DNA of 64,000 nt from Candidatus Delongbacteria bacterium (lineage in GTDB: Bacteria > UBA4055), in assembly GCA_003252515.1 (NCBI GenBank), contig QKDR01000019.1, positions 11,110-75,109 of the forward strand, given 5' to 3'. The notes beneath the pieces were generated by a model. That model saw only the letters and a list, made by a program, of their open reading frames with translations. It had not been told where the DNA came from and did no database searches. How positions within the stretch are numbered: position 1 is the stretch's first letter; each line of letters begins with the position of its first letter. Both the position numbers and the translations under genes were made by a program. Positions 45,829-55,428 of the stretch are shown here, piece by piece.

Positions 45829-48800
45829 AGAATTTCAGCCTGAATATCTTATTTTATCTTCTGGCTTCTGTTTTTGTCTTTAAGCTGTCTGCCGAAAGTT
45901 TTCCTGTCAGACCGTTGTCCGACCTGTCCGGTACGGCAGATATTTATTCTGATGTCAGGCTGAACTATCTGGTAGTTTTTGCAAGAGATTCCGTTCTTTT
46001 GAAGGCGGACCCGAAAACATATAATACTGAAGTGGAAATTGACTCCACTTTCCGGTTCGTGACTTTGTATGAAAGAATTTATGATCAGGATGTCAGAACT
46101 CCGAGAACAGTGAAGATAGACGATTTCATAAAGATGAGACTAAATTACGAGAACCGCAATATATGGCTGATCTCAGTAAATAAAAATCTGGGAATTGAAA
46201 CGTCATCGCTACTTTCGGGAGATGAAATAGCTCTGGATATACCTTTCAAGATAAAATCCAAAACATTTCACCGTGTATTTGGTGGAAATAACATCGGTCT
46301 GAGAGTAAAAGGATCGCTTTCGATCAGTATTATAGGTCAGAAAAGCTACACCGATCTGCCTAACGCCGAGAATGAAAGTTTCGATTTCACGCTTGATCAG
46401 ACACAGAACATATCAATCAGGGGCAAAGTTGGAACTAAAGTGGATGTCGATATCGCTCAGAATACCGAATCATTCGATTTCGAGAACTCTTTAAAGATCA
46501 CTTATACAGGGGAGAGTGATGAAATAATTCAGAAACTTGAAGCCGGTAACATAGGCCTGAGTCTTCCCGGTACGAGGTATGTCAGTTTCAGCGGGGTTAA
46601 TAAAGGGCTCTTCGGATTAAAAGCAGAAACAAAGATCGGGAACCTGAAATCGACTTCAATAATGTCTTTCGAGAAAGGCAAGAAGAACCAAATTCACGCA
46701 CCAAACGGTGTCAGCAACCATGTGATTTCTCCGCGTGCGGACGAGTTTGAACGATATAAATATTTTTTCATTGACGAAGATTTCAGGGAGAACATGGGTT
46801 CCGCCGCCAATTTTCAAAATCTTACAGAGCATACAGCGCTCGAGACACCTTTATATAAGATAAAGAATTATTCTTTTCAACTTTTTATTACCAGATCGTC
46901 AACAGGTACGCGATATAATGCCGATATTTATATTGATTTCCTGAACAGGAACGATTCTTTAACGATAGGCGGAGTGGATAATCTATATGAAACATCCGTT
47001 GTAAAGCTTGTTGAAGACGACGAATATGAAATCAATTACGAACTCGGTTATATCAGACTGAAATCATTAAATCTCAGCGGTGATGAGATCCTTGCCGCAA
47101 GGTATATAAAACAGAATAAAACTAATACAAGCCAGCAGTATTCGGTCGGCAGTATCGATTCTACAGGGACAAAACTGGAACTTCAAATACTGGGTCAATG
47201 CGGTCAGGACCCATCCAATCCGTGGGATAAGCTCGAATGGAAGAACGTATATTCTCTAGGCGGAGTTGATATATCTGCGGATGAATTTAAACTTACGGTT
47301 CAGAAGAAGGAACCTACAGGTGTGAAAACGGAAGAATATGACTCTTCAGGAAATCCGAAATCATACTTATACTGGTTCGATATCAGCGATCCTGAAGTTC
47401 ATGACGAAGTCGATATTAAATTTCTGAACCAGTCAAAGGGAGAATTTATCTTTCCGTCACTGACGCCGTTCATGCCTGACCCGGCAACAAGCGTTATTTA
47501 TCGCGAAGCGGCTTCCGACACTCTTTTTACGGAACCTTTTATATACACTAACACTTCATCGTCATATACAACTTCAGATTTTAATCTGAAGTTCGAATTC
47601 TTCAGCAAATCAAGCACATATCCTCTCGGATTCAATGTGATCGAAGGATCAGAGGTTGTAAGGTCGGGGGCTACAACACTTGTCAAGGATGTTGATTATG
47701 TAATAAACTACAATTCCGGTGACCTGACGATAATAAATGAAAGGTATCTTACGGCGGATATAGACATTCTATATGAATCTGCGACGCTGTTTCAGCTCGA
47801 TCAGAAAATGCTTCTGGGTAACAGGCTCGAATACAGCTTCGGGAAGAATTCTTATATCGGAGCTACGGTATTATATCTGTCGGAAGAGACTAACGAAGAA
47901 AGAGTTCATGTCGGATATGAGCCCAAACAGAATCTTGTACTCGACCTTAACGGTCAGTCTGATTTCGATCTTCCGTTCCTCACGAAAGCCGTCGACTGGC
48001 TGCCTTTAATAGAAACAGATAAGGAATCCAATATTTCTTTCGAAGGAGAGATCGCCCAGATAATACCGAACCCGAACCCGCTTGGGGCGGCGTATATTGA
48101 TGATTTCGAGAACAGCAAAATAAAGAAAACTCTTGGAATAAGTTACGGATCGTGGACGGAAGCGTCTTTTCCGGATGAATACAGTACTTTTAAAAACTAT
48201 TCTCTGCTCCCGGAAGTAGATTCACTGGGAATACCGTTCCAGTATTTTTTAAAATCATATTCAGGTAGTGAAGATCTGTCATTTTACTGGTATAACCCTA
48301 AAGATGAAAATAAATACATTAAAGATCAGATATACAATGATGTTCCGGGAGATCAGAAGAATGATAAAGTAAATACTCTTAACATAGTTTTTACACCGTC
48401 AGTTTCCAATCCTGCGTTCGAGGACGAAAATATCAATGCAGCAGATTCATGGGGCGGAGTTATGAGATACCTTTATTCAGGTTATCAGGACATGCGTGAG
48501 ATAAAATATATAGAATTCCTTGCATCCGCGTCAAGAGATATAACGCTTAATATTGATATAGGTGATCTAAGTGAAGATGTTATACCTAACGGTGATCTGA
48601 ATACTGAAGATTTTAAATATGAGAACAATGTGCTGGATGTGGGAAGTGACTCTGAAGATGTAGGTGTTGATCAAATATCCGGTGATAATGATTATCATGC
48701 TTTAACCGATCCTGAAGGAAGAGAAAAGAAGTTCTATGAATTTTTTTCATTTGACAACCATCCTGCTCAGGACGGAAGCCCTACACCTGATTCGCAGATC

Positions 48801-51800
48801 GGTAACGACTGGGACTTCTGCAAAACTGAAAATAACGGGAAACTGGATTCGGAGGACCTTGACGGAAGTAATGATGTTGACAGAAGTATTCGGGCATACA
48901 GATATACAATAAACCTGAAATCGGATCCGGGCCTAGATAACGAATATGTGGTCAGTGTTGATTTCGGTTCAGATTTCGCGCTGTACAGGATACCGGTCAA
49001 GGATTTTAAAACCTATCTTAATAAAGAACCTGATCTTTCAAGAATGAAATATATAAAATTATGGTTGAATAATGCTAAAGATGATCTTTATCCCTCAAAA
49101 GTTGATTTCGTCAGTTTTGATCTTGTAGGCAACGAGTGGGCTGCAAAGGGTGACAACATAGGACTGGTCGAACCAAAGACCATTAACAATGAAGAAGATA
49201 AGGAGCGGTATCAATCTCCTCCGGGCGTGAAAAGATACGACGATAACGGAAATCTGGAACCTGAACAGTCATTAGCGTTGAGCATAAGTTTGACTGATAA
49301 TTTAAGTGCATATGAATATGAAAATCCGGGAAGATATGCTTTTCTTACAAAAAAGATAAATGAGGGAGAGAACTATCTACTTTATGAACAGCTTAAAATG
49401 TTCGTTCATGGCGGTACTCCGGCGTTAAATACGGAATGGGATGAGGAAAGATCTCTATATTTTATCTACAGGTTCGGAACGGATTCAGTCAATTATTACG
49501 AGTATCGGTCGAAACTGGTTAAAGGATGGAAGAGCGACCTGGTTAATAATCAGATGGTGATCGAATTGACTGACCTAACAAATCTGAAGACATCAAGATC
49601 AGATACAGGAAGTCCGGTCGATTCAATATATCTGGTCAATTATAAAGACGATAATATAAAAAGATATATCGGTATCAGGGGGAACCCTACTCTTCAGTCT
49701 GTAAAATTCTTTAACGCCGGAATACTTGATTCCGCATATACGGAGCTGAATACAGAGATCTGGATCGACGAGCTCAGACTTGCTAAAGTAACTAAAGAGA
49801 CAGGTATGGCTATGAGGGCTAAAACTCATATTCAGGTAGCCGATGTGGGTACTATCGACGCTGAAGTCACGAAACAGGATGAAGAATTTCACAGGATCGA
49901 GGAAAATAAAGGTTCCGGTGTAAATCAGCTTAGTACCAGTTTTAATACGTCATTGAACTTAGATAAGCTGACACCGAAAAAATGGGGACTGTCGCTTCCG
50001 GTAAGGTACAGTTATAATAATGCCGATTCATACACAAAATATCAGGGGACAACGGATATACTGGTCGATAAGGATAATATTCCGGACTCGGTAAGAACAC
50101 GGACAACAAGGAATCAGTATGATTTCTCTATTAGAAAAACATCAAAATCCAACAGTCCGTATCTAAAATATACACTGGATAATTTAAGTCTTACCGGAAA
50201 TGCATCCTTCAGTGATGCATCAAATCCAAGCTATATCTCACAGAAGACCGAGGCTTATAATTATAATCTTGGATATTCTCTCGGTCTGCCTGATTCGTGG
50301 TTCAGCTTCAGCCCGTTCGGATGGGGAAAAGATATCTCGTTTTTCAAAAGCATCAGCGGTGTTAAATTCGCGTTCTTCCCGAACAGCTACAATTTCTCAA
50401 TACAGTCCGGTCAGTCGGAAACTGTTTCTCTTTCCAGGCGCACTAATGCGACTCCGACGGCAAGCCGTTCTTTTTTGGTCACAAGGAATTTCTCGACGAG
50501 TCTTACTCCATTACCTTTCATAACTTCGAATTATTCCCTTTCACTCAAGTCGGATATGTATAAAAAGGCCGTTGAAACGAACAGACTTGATACAGATACT
50601 GTGATCACTGTATACAACAGAGATATCGGCGATCTTTTCAAATTAGATTTCGGAGAACTGACCAGCTTTGACAATACATTAAAGAACAACGTTAAGATAA
50701 ACGCGTCAAAATATCTGACTAACGATCTAAGTTATAATACCGGGTATAACTGGACAGGAAATCTGACGAGTGCAATACCCAGCAGCAATATAAAGAACAG
50801 GTACGATTCCAAACTTAATTCCAGGATTAAAGTAAAGGAAATTATCGGAAGCGTCCAGGCAGGTATAAGTAATATTTTTCCCGAAAAGAAGATCAGTGAT
50901 AACAGAGATCAGAAAGACTCAGTGAAAGTTGTTACCGAAGAAGATAAAAAGCAGTCAGGCGCATCAAGATTGTCAAGAACCAGTACAGCATCTTCAGGCA
51001 AAAAGAAATCAATTCTGGATTTTATTAAAAATAATCTTTCAGATATTGCTTTATCATATTCTCAGGGAAGGGAAAACTCGTTCTCTGATATTAAATCTCT
51101 CGATCAGGCAAACCCTTTATTCATGTTAGGATTCTCAAGTGAACCTGAAGATGAAAATTATTCTTCATCAAGCTGGAGCGGCAACTGGGGAATGAGCGGG
51201 AATACAAGACTAAGTCTAACCAAAAATTTGAGTTTTGACGGGATATCGTACCAGTTCACAAGATCATACAGGCAGAATAATAATGAAGGTTTTACAGGTA
51301 GCGACAGCGAGACGAAGTTCATTTGGCCCTGGGTAACCGACGAAGAGCACAGGAAAACAGGAGCCAATCCCCTGATCCTTCCAAATTATTCTATTACGAT
51401 CTCAGGTCTTAAAGACTTGCTGCAGGCAAAAGAAAGTATATCCAGTCTGACTATCACTCATTCAAAATCCGGATCTGAAACAAAATCATGGTATATTGAC
51501 GGAGATGCTCCGGGAATGTATCTTACAGGTATTCCGGATCTCGCCGGATCAGACCTCAGGATCAGATCTGTAGGATATGCTACAGGATTTTCACCGCTGG
51601 CAGGAATAAGCCTGAGTTTAAAGAACGGGCTGAGTTTTAGCGCGAATTATAATTATTCGTTCGATATGAAAGAAAACTATATTTATAATGATGAAAATAA
51701 AAGTATCCAGTCCGGTGACAAGAAATATACAAGAGAATTACGAGTGTCGGCGGGATATAACCAGAAAGGCGGTTTCGACGTGCCGTTCAATTTCTGGCCT

Positions 51801-52097
51801 TTCAACGGGAAGAGACTTGACAATGATATAACCTATAACCTGTCGGTTACATATAATTCGAACGATACTCACAAATACGATATCGAGCTTAAAGAATATG
51901 AAGGACTGGATAACGGCATCAAATCCGATAATTTCACGGTCTCACCCGACATAACATATAAAATTTCCAGAAAACTGAACGGCACGATATCATACTCGTA
52001 CAATTATAATGAAAGCAAAAGCTACGAAGCGAGAAGCATAGTAAACACAAATCATAAATTCGAGCTAAGAGCCGTACTCAGTATAACAGGGAGATAG
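45825..52097 (+). CDS. Giant secreted beta-rich outer-membrane protein, SprA-like (candidate T9SS translocon)
   Basis: 2090 aa with a signal peptide and an N/S/T/Y/G-rich composition carrying amphipathic beta-strand periodicity throughout. Size and context (T9SS CTD cargo in the window, FCB-type features) match the SprA/Sov family. The assignment rests on size and composition, not on a recognised motif. Confidence 0.5.
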   Translation: MKNFSLNILFYLLASVFVFKLSAESFPVRPLSDLSGTADIYSDVRLNYLVVFARDSVLLKADPKTYNTEVEIDSTFRFVTLYERIYDQDVRTPRTVKIDDFIKMRLNYENRNIWLISVNKNLGIETSSLLSGDEIALDIPFKIKSKTFHRVFGGNNIGLRVKGSLSISIIGQKSYTDLPNAENESFDFTLDQTQNISIRGKVGTKVDVDIAQNTESFDFENSLKITYTGESDEIIQKLEAGNIGLSLPGTRYVSFSGVNKGLFGLKAETKIGNLKSTSIMSFEKGKKNQIHAPNGVSNHVISPRADEFERYKYFFIDEDFRENMGSAANFQNLTEHTALETPLYKIKNYSFQLFITRSSTGTRYNADIYIDFLNRNDSLTIGGVDNLYETSVVKLVEDDEYEINYELGYIRLKSLNLSGDEILAARYIKQNKTNTSQQYSVGSIDSTGTKLELQILGQCGQDPSNPWDKLEWKNVYSLGGVDISADEFKLTVQKKEPTGVKTEEYDSSGNPKSYLYWFDISDPEVHDEVDIKFLNQSKGEFIFPSLTPFMPDPATSVIYREAASDTLFTEPFIYTNTSSSYTTSDFNLKFEFFSKSSTYPLGFNVIEGSEVVRSGATTLVKDVDYVINYNSGDLTIINERYLTADIDILYESATLFQLDQKMLLGNRLEYSFGKNSYIGATVLYLSEETNEERVHVGYEPKQNLVLDLNGQSDFDLPFLTKAVDWLPLIETDKESNISFEGEIAQIIPNPNPLGAAYIDDFENSKIKKTLGISYGSWTEASFPDEYSTFKNYSLLPEVDSLGIPFQYFLKSYSGSEDLSFYWYNPKDENKYIKDQIYNDVPGDQKNDKVNTLNIVFTPSVSNPAFEDENINAADSWGGVMRYLYSGYQDMREIKYIEFLASASRDITLNIDIGDLSEDVIPNGDLNTEDFKYENNVLDVGSDSEDVGVDQISGDNDYHALTDPEGREKKFYEFFSFDNHPAQDGSPTPDSQIGNDWDFCKTENNGKLDSEDLDGSNDVDRSIRAYRYTINLKSDPGLDNEYVVSVDFGSDFALYRIPVKDFKTYLNKEPDLSRMKYIKLWLNNAKDDLYPSKVDFVSFDLVGNEWAAKGDNIGLVEPKTINNEEDKERYQSPPGVKRYDDNGNLEPEQSLALSISLTDNLSAYEYENPGRYAFLTKKINEGENYLLYEQLKMFVHGGTPALNTEWDEERSLYFIYRFGTDSVNYYEYRSKLVKGWKSDLVNNQMVIELTDLTNLKTSRSDTGSPVDSIYLVNYKDDNIKRYIGIRGNPTLQSVKFFNAGILDSAYTELNTEIWIDELRLAKVTKETGMAMRAKTHIQVADVGTIDAEVTKQDEEFHRIEENKGSGVNQLSTSFNTSLNLDKLTPKKWGLSLPVRYSYNNADSYTKYQGTTDILVDKDNIPDSVRTRTTRNQYDFSIRKTSKSNSPYLKYTLDNLSLTGNASFSDASNPSYISQKTEAYNYNLGYSLGLPDSWFSFSPFGWGKDISFFKSISGVKFAFFPNSYNFSIQSGQSETVSLSRRTNATPTASRSFLVTRNFSTSLTPLPFITSNYSLSLKSDMYKKAVETNRLDTDTVITVYNRDIGDLFKLDFGELTSFDNTLKNNVKINASKYLTNDLSYNTGYNWTGNLTSAIPSSNIKNRYDSKLNSRIKVKEIIGSVQAGISNIFPEKKISDNRDQKDSVKVVTEEDKKQSGASRLSRTSTASSGKKKSILDFIKNNLSDIALSYSQGRENSFSDIKSLDQANPLFMLGFSSEPEDENYSSSSWSGNWGMSGNTRLSLTKNLSFDGISYQFTRSYRQNNNEGFTGSDSETKFIWPWVTDEEHRKTGANPLILPNYSITISGLKDLLQAKESISSLTITHSKSGSETKSWYIDGDAPGMYLTGIPDLAGSDLRIRSVGYATGFSPLAGISLSLKNGLSFSANYNYSFDMKENYIYNDENKSIQSGDKKYTRELRVSAGYNQKGGFDVPFNFWPFNGKRLDNDITYNLSVTYNSNDTHKYDIELKEYEGLDNGIKSDNFTVSPDITYKISRKLNGTISYSYNYNESKSYEARSIVNTNHKFELRAVLSITGR

Positions 52098-52099
52098 AA

Positions 52100-53347
52100 T
52101 TGACGGACCTTTTCTCATATCAGACGGACGAACCTGAAGAAAAACCTGAGAAAAAAAATGAGGAATCCGTTTATTCTGTACATGAAATATCTATGCTGGT
52201 CAAAGGAATTCTCGAACCTGAATTCTCAGATATCTGGATAGAAGGTGAAATGTCAAACTACAAGAAACACAGTTCGGGACATCATTATTTCAGTCTGAAG
52301 GACGAAAAAGCCGTTATCAGTTGCGTAATGTGGAGAAGTACGGGAGACAGGCTGGATTTTGCTCCAGAAAACGGACAAAAAGTCAAATTAAGGGGAAGTA
52401 TAACTGTTTATGAGGCAAGCGGCAGATATCAGGTGGACGTTAAAAAGATAGTACTTTCAGGTATAGGTTATCTGCAGGCTCAATTCGAGGCGCTGAAGAG
52501 AAAGCTGTTCGAGGAAGGTCTTTTCGGTCAGGCGCACAAAAAACGCCTTCCGTTCCTCGTAAGGAACCTGGGTGTAGTGACAGCGGAGACCGGGGCCGCG
52601 TTCCAGGATATAAAAAAAGTGATCCGTTCAAGATCACCGTTCATGAATATCTATTTATACAATGCAAGAGTACAGGGGAAAGGAACTGAAGCAGAGATCG
52701 TTGACGGTATCCGTTATTTCAATTCAAAATCCGGACTGGTCGACGTGATCATTATCGGGAGGGGAGGCGGATCGCTTGAAGATCTGTGGACTTTTAATGA
52801 GGAGGTCGTAGCCAGGGCTGTTTACGATTCCGGGATACCTGTCATATCGGCAGTCGGGCACGAGATTGATTTTTCGATCTCCGACTTCGTCGCCGATATA
52901 AGAGCCGCTACGCCTTCACACGCTGCTGAGATCGTCAGTCTGAACGCTAAAGAAGAGCTTTATAAAATATCTCAATACGAATCCAGAGTGAACAACCTTG
53001 TCGTTTCATATTTCAATTTTCAGAAGGAAAAGATAAGAGGGATCGAGAATTCGCACGCTTTCAGAATGCCTGAGGATATTATAAAAAACTACTCGATGTC
53101 CCTTGATAATCTTGAGGATAATTTCGACAGCTACTTCAGTCAGAGAATATCGAACGACAAACTGAGACTTGAGCATTTTGAGACGATCTTCAGATCGCTT
53201 AATCCTGAATCCGTGCTTAACAGAGGTTATGCGATAGTAAAGGATAAAAAGACCTCAAAGATATTATCCGAAGCTAAACGGATAATAAAAGGTCAGGAAC
53301 TCGAGATCAAGTTCAAAGACGGCAGTATTGACGCTGTCAGCGAGTAA
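52100..53347 (+). CDS. xseA: Exodeoxyribonuclease VII large subunit
   Basis: 415 aa with the N-terminal OB fold (WIEGEMSNYKKHSSGHHYFSLKD) and the catalytic core GRGGGSLEDLWTFNEE...SAVGHEIDFSISDFVAD, a strong match to XseA. Confidence 0.95.
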   Translation: MTDLFSYQTDEPEEKPEKKNEESVYSVHEISMLVKGILEPEFSDIWIEGEMSNYKKHSSGHHYFSLKDEKAVISCVMWRSTGDRLDFAPENGQKVKLRGSITVYEASGRYQVDVKKIVLSGIGYLQAQFEALKRKLFEEGLFGQAHKKRLPFLVRNLGVVTAETGAAFQDIKKVIRSRSPFMNIYLYNARVQGKGTEAEIVDGIRYFNSKSGLVDVIIIGRGGGSLEDLWTFNEEVVARAVYDSGIPVISAVGHEIDFSISDFVADIRAATPSHAAEIVSLNAKEELYKISQYESRVNNLVVSYFNFQKEKIRGIENSHAFRMPEDIIKNYSMSLDNLEDNFDSYFSQRISNDKLRLEHFETIFRSLNPESVLNRGYAIVKDKKTSKILSEAKRIIKGQELEIKFKDGSIDAVSE

Positions 53348-54203
53348 TTTTTTTAAGGCTGCGTTTCATCGACGAGTAAAATAAATAAGATAAATTAATA
53401 CGGCCTAAGAAACCTTTAATGAACTTAGATTTGAATTTTCCCATAGTATAGAAGAAAGGATTGAATACGATTGATCCGAAGGTCGAAGTGAGTAGCCCGT
53501 AACGTATGTTTTTTCTGAATTCAGGATATTTTTGTATGAGAAGCGAAAGATTTTTGCCTGAATTTTCCAGTTGATCAAGCCACTGAAATACGGTTTTATC
53601 GTGATAATGTAACAAGCTGTTCGTGCGGACGAAAGATATTTTTCCTCCTTCCGATTCTATGCGCAGACCGAGCTCGGGATCTTCCCATCCGTAGCCTTCA
53701 AAGTTCTCGTCGAATTTTCCGATGCGTTCGAAGAACGGTCTTTTTATGCTGCAGAACGCAGTAGTGAAATAATTGCTTTTAACGTTCTGACCTGACCCTT
53801 TCCTGTTAGCGCCGCGCGTGTTGAGGAATTCGTTCAGGAACGATCCCTTACCGTCAGTTCTGATATTGACGACATTGGAGAAAACCGCGTCCGCGCCGTT
53901 CTCAAGTTCAGCCAGATGTTTTGCGAACATGTTCTCTTTTACTTTGATATCGTCGTCAATGAAGAAAAGCACGGGGTGCTTACAGACCGCGGCGCCCCTG
54001 TTCCTCGACTTCGAACGCCCGATATTAACATCGTTGTTCATGACCGTCACTCTAGCGTCGCCGAATTCGCCGATCGCACATTCAGGACAGTCGTTCACGA
54101 TCACGATCTCGAACTTATCCCTGATATCAAGTTCGAGGATCGAACTAACCGTTCTTTTAAGCGCATCAGGCCTGTTATATGTCGGGATTACTATCGAGAA
54201 CAT
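53337..54203 (-). CDS. Family 2 glycosyltransferase
   Basis: 288 aa. FSIVIPTYNR and the DDD region (FIDDDIKV) define the GT-A fold. Confidence 0.8.
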   Translation of the reverse strand: MFSIVIPTYNRPDALKRTVSSILELDIRDKFEIVIVNDCPECAIGEFGDARVTVMNNDVNIGRSKSRNRGAAVCKHPVLFFIDDDIKVKENMFAKHLAELENGADAVFSNVVNIRTDGKGSFLNEFLNTRGANRKGSGQNVKSNYFTTAFCSIKRPFFERIGKFDENFEGYGWEDPELGLRIESEGGKISFVRTNSLLHYHDKTVFQWLDQLENSGKNLSLLIQKYPEFRKNIRYGLLTSTFGSIVFNPFFYTMGKFKSKFIKGFLGRINLSYLFYSSMKRSLKKITR

Positions 54204-55308
54204 TTTTCGCCTTTTTCAGTCTGTAGAAATATGCGGTAACAAAGAACAGCGTAATTAAAGAGACAGCTACTTTCCAGTCTCTTCCCGGCAATCTGTACCT
54301 GAAATAGATATGGTGCGGGATCGAAAGCACGCAGGCTGATAATACTATAATTCTGCCTTTAAGTTCAATGAACCCGTACTTTTCGAATATTGAACCAAGC
54401 AGAAAAAAGAAAACGGGGAACATCGGTACGATCAACCTTTCAGTATCACCCGCAAGAAAACAGCTGGCATAGTAGATCAGGATCAATGCGAGAAAATGGA
54501 TATTCTTTTTAAAGAAATCCTTTGTCGTACTCCAGAATACGAGCGGTATGAAGGTAAGAGGTATAAAAGTGTTGATTATCCGGTAATATGTTATGGGATT
54601 GAACAGCTTGTTCGATTCGTCGAAATGCAGTCTCCCGAAAGAATAAAGCATACCTGAACCGGTCGCGGATTCAGTGACGATCAGAGATCTCAGTATCGCG
54701 AATATAAAAAACGCAGGAAGTACCGAATAAATGATCTTCATTCTGTAGGGCTTTTTGTCTTTCACTATATAGTAATATAGAACTGCGGCAGGAACAAGAA
54801 ACAATATTGTTTCTCTGTTGAGTACGCCTAAAGCAAGAACCGCGCTCATCGTGAAAAAATTGTTTTGCTTTAACTTAATAAGAAACAGTAAGATCAGGAT
54901 GTGGGTCAGAAGATCGTGGACGTCATAAAAATCCCAGACGGGAAATCCGAAAGTATATCTGCCTGCTATGAACAGAATTGTGAGATAGAATACAGTATCC
55001 TCTTTTAACCCGTAAACCTTCAAGTATCTTAAGAAAACGAATGGCAGGATGAAAGACATTATCAGGGTAATTATATAAAAACTCATATCCACATCGAACG
55101 GCATAAGACCGGCAATGTATGGCAAAAGTATCCTGTAGCCGAAGTTTCTTGACACTGTATCGTCAAAACCCGGGGAAGCAAGAGCCATCTGTCTGTAATT
55201 CTGAATGTCCGGAATGTCGGAAAATTGCGCGTGAGTAATATCTATCCGGCCGTAATATACCACCATGACAGCTGTAATAATAAATATAAACAGGTACCTG
55301 TTCTTCAT
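54175..55308 (-). CDS. Polytopic membrane protein, possibly a GT-C-type glycosyltransferase, co-transcribed with the GT2
   Basis: 377 aa with ~10 TM helices. It overlaps the GT2 start by 29 nt. Confidence 0.4.
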   Translation of the reverse strand: MKNRYLFIFIITAVMVVYYGRIDITHAQFSDIPDIQNYRQMALASPGFDDTVSRNFGYRILLPYIAGLMPFDVDMSFYIITLIMSFILPFVFLRYLKVYGLKEDTVFYLTILFIAGRYTFGFPVWDFYDVHDLLTHILILLFLIKLKQNNFFTMSAVLALGVLNRETILFLVPAAVLYYYIVKDKKPYRMKIIYSVLPAFFIFAILRSLIVTESATGSGMLYSFGRLHFDESNKLFNPITYYRIINTFIPLTFIPLVFWSTTKDFFKKNIHFLALILIYYASCFLAGDTERLIVPMFPVFFFLLGSIFEKYGFIELKGRIIVLSACVLSIPHHIYFRYRLPGRDWKVAVSLITLFFVTAYFYRLKKAKNVLDSNPDI

Positions 55309-55369
55309 CCGTTCAAATATAAATCAAATACGCGTTAATCAAAATATAAATTTTGAAAATAAACTGTTT

Positions 55370-55384
55370 CAAAGACAGTCTTTG
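55370..55384. promoter_or_regulatory. Perfect palindrome CAAAGAC-A-GTCTTTG in the divergent promoter region upstream of hisS
   Basis: Read directly from the sequence, ~45 nt upstream of the hisS ATG. Confidence 0.3.
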
Positions 55385-55428
55385 GAAGTTATATTTAGTT
55401 ATCAATTGAATTAACCGATGAGAGTGCT

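Noticed and set aside
45825-52097. Reading the 2090-aa protein as a multi-domain adhesin or S-layer protein rather than a SprA-like translocon
   Set aside because: This reading is not fully rejected. There are no recognisable cadherin/Ig/FN3 tandem repeats and no T9SS C-terminal domain at its C-terminus, and it is translationally coupled to a TPR partner, so a SprA-like call is retained at confidence 0.5.
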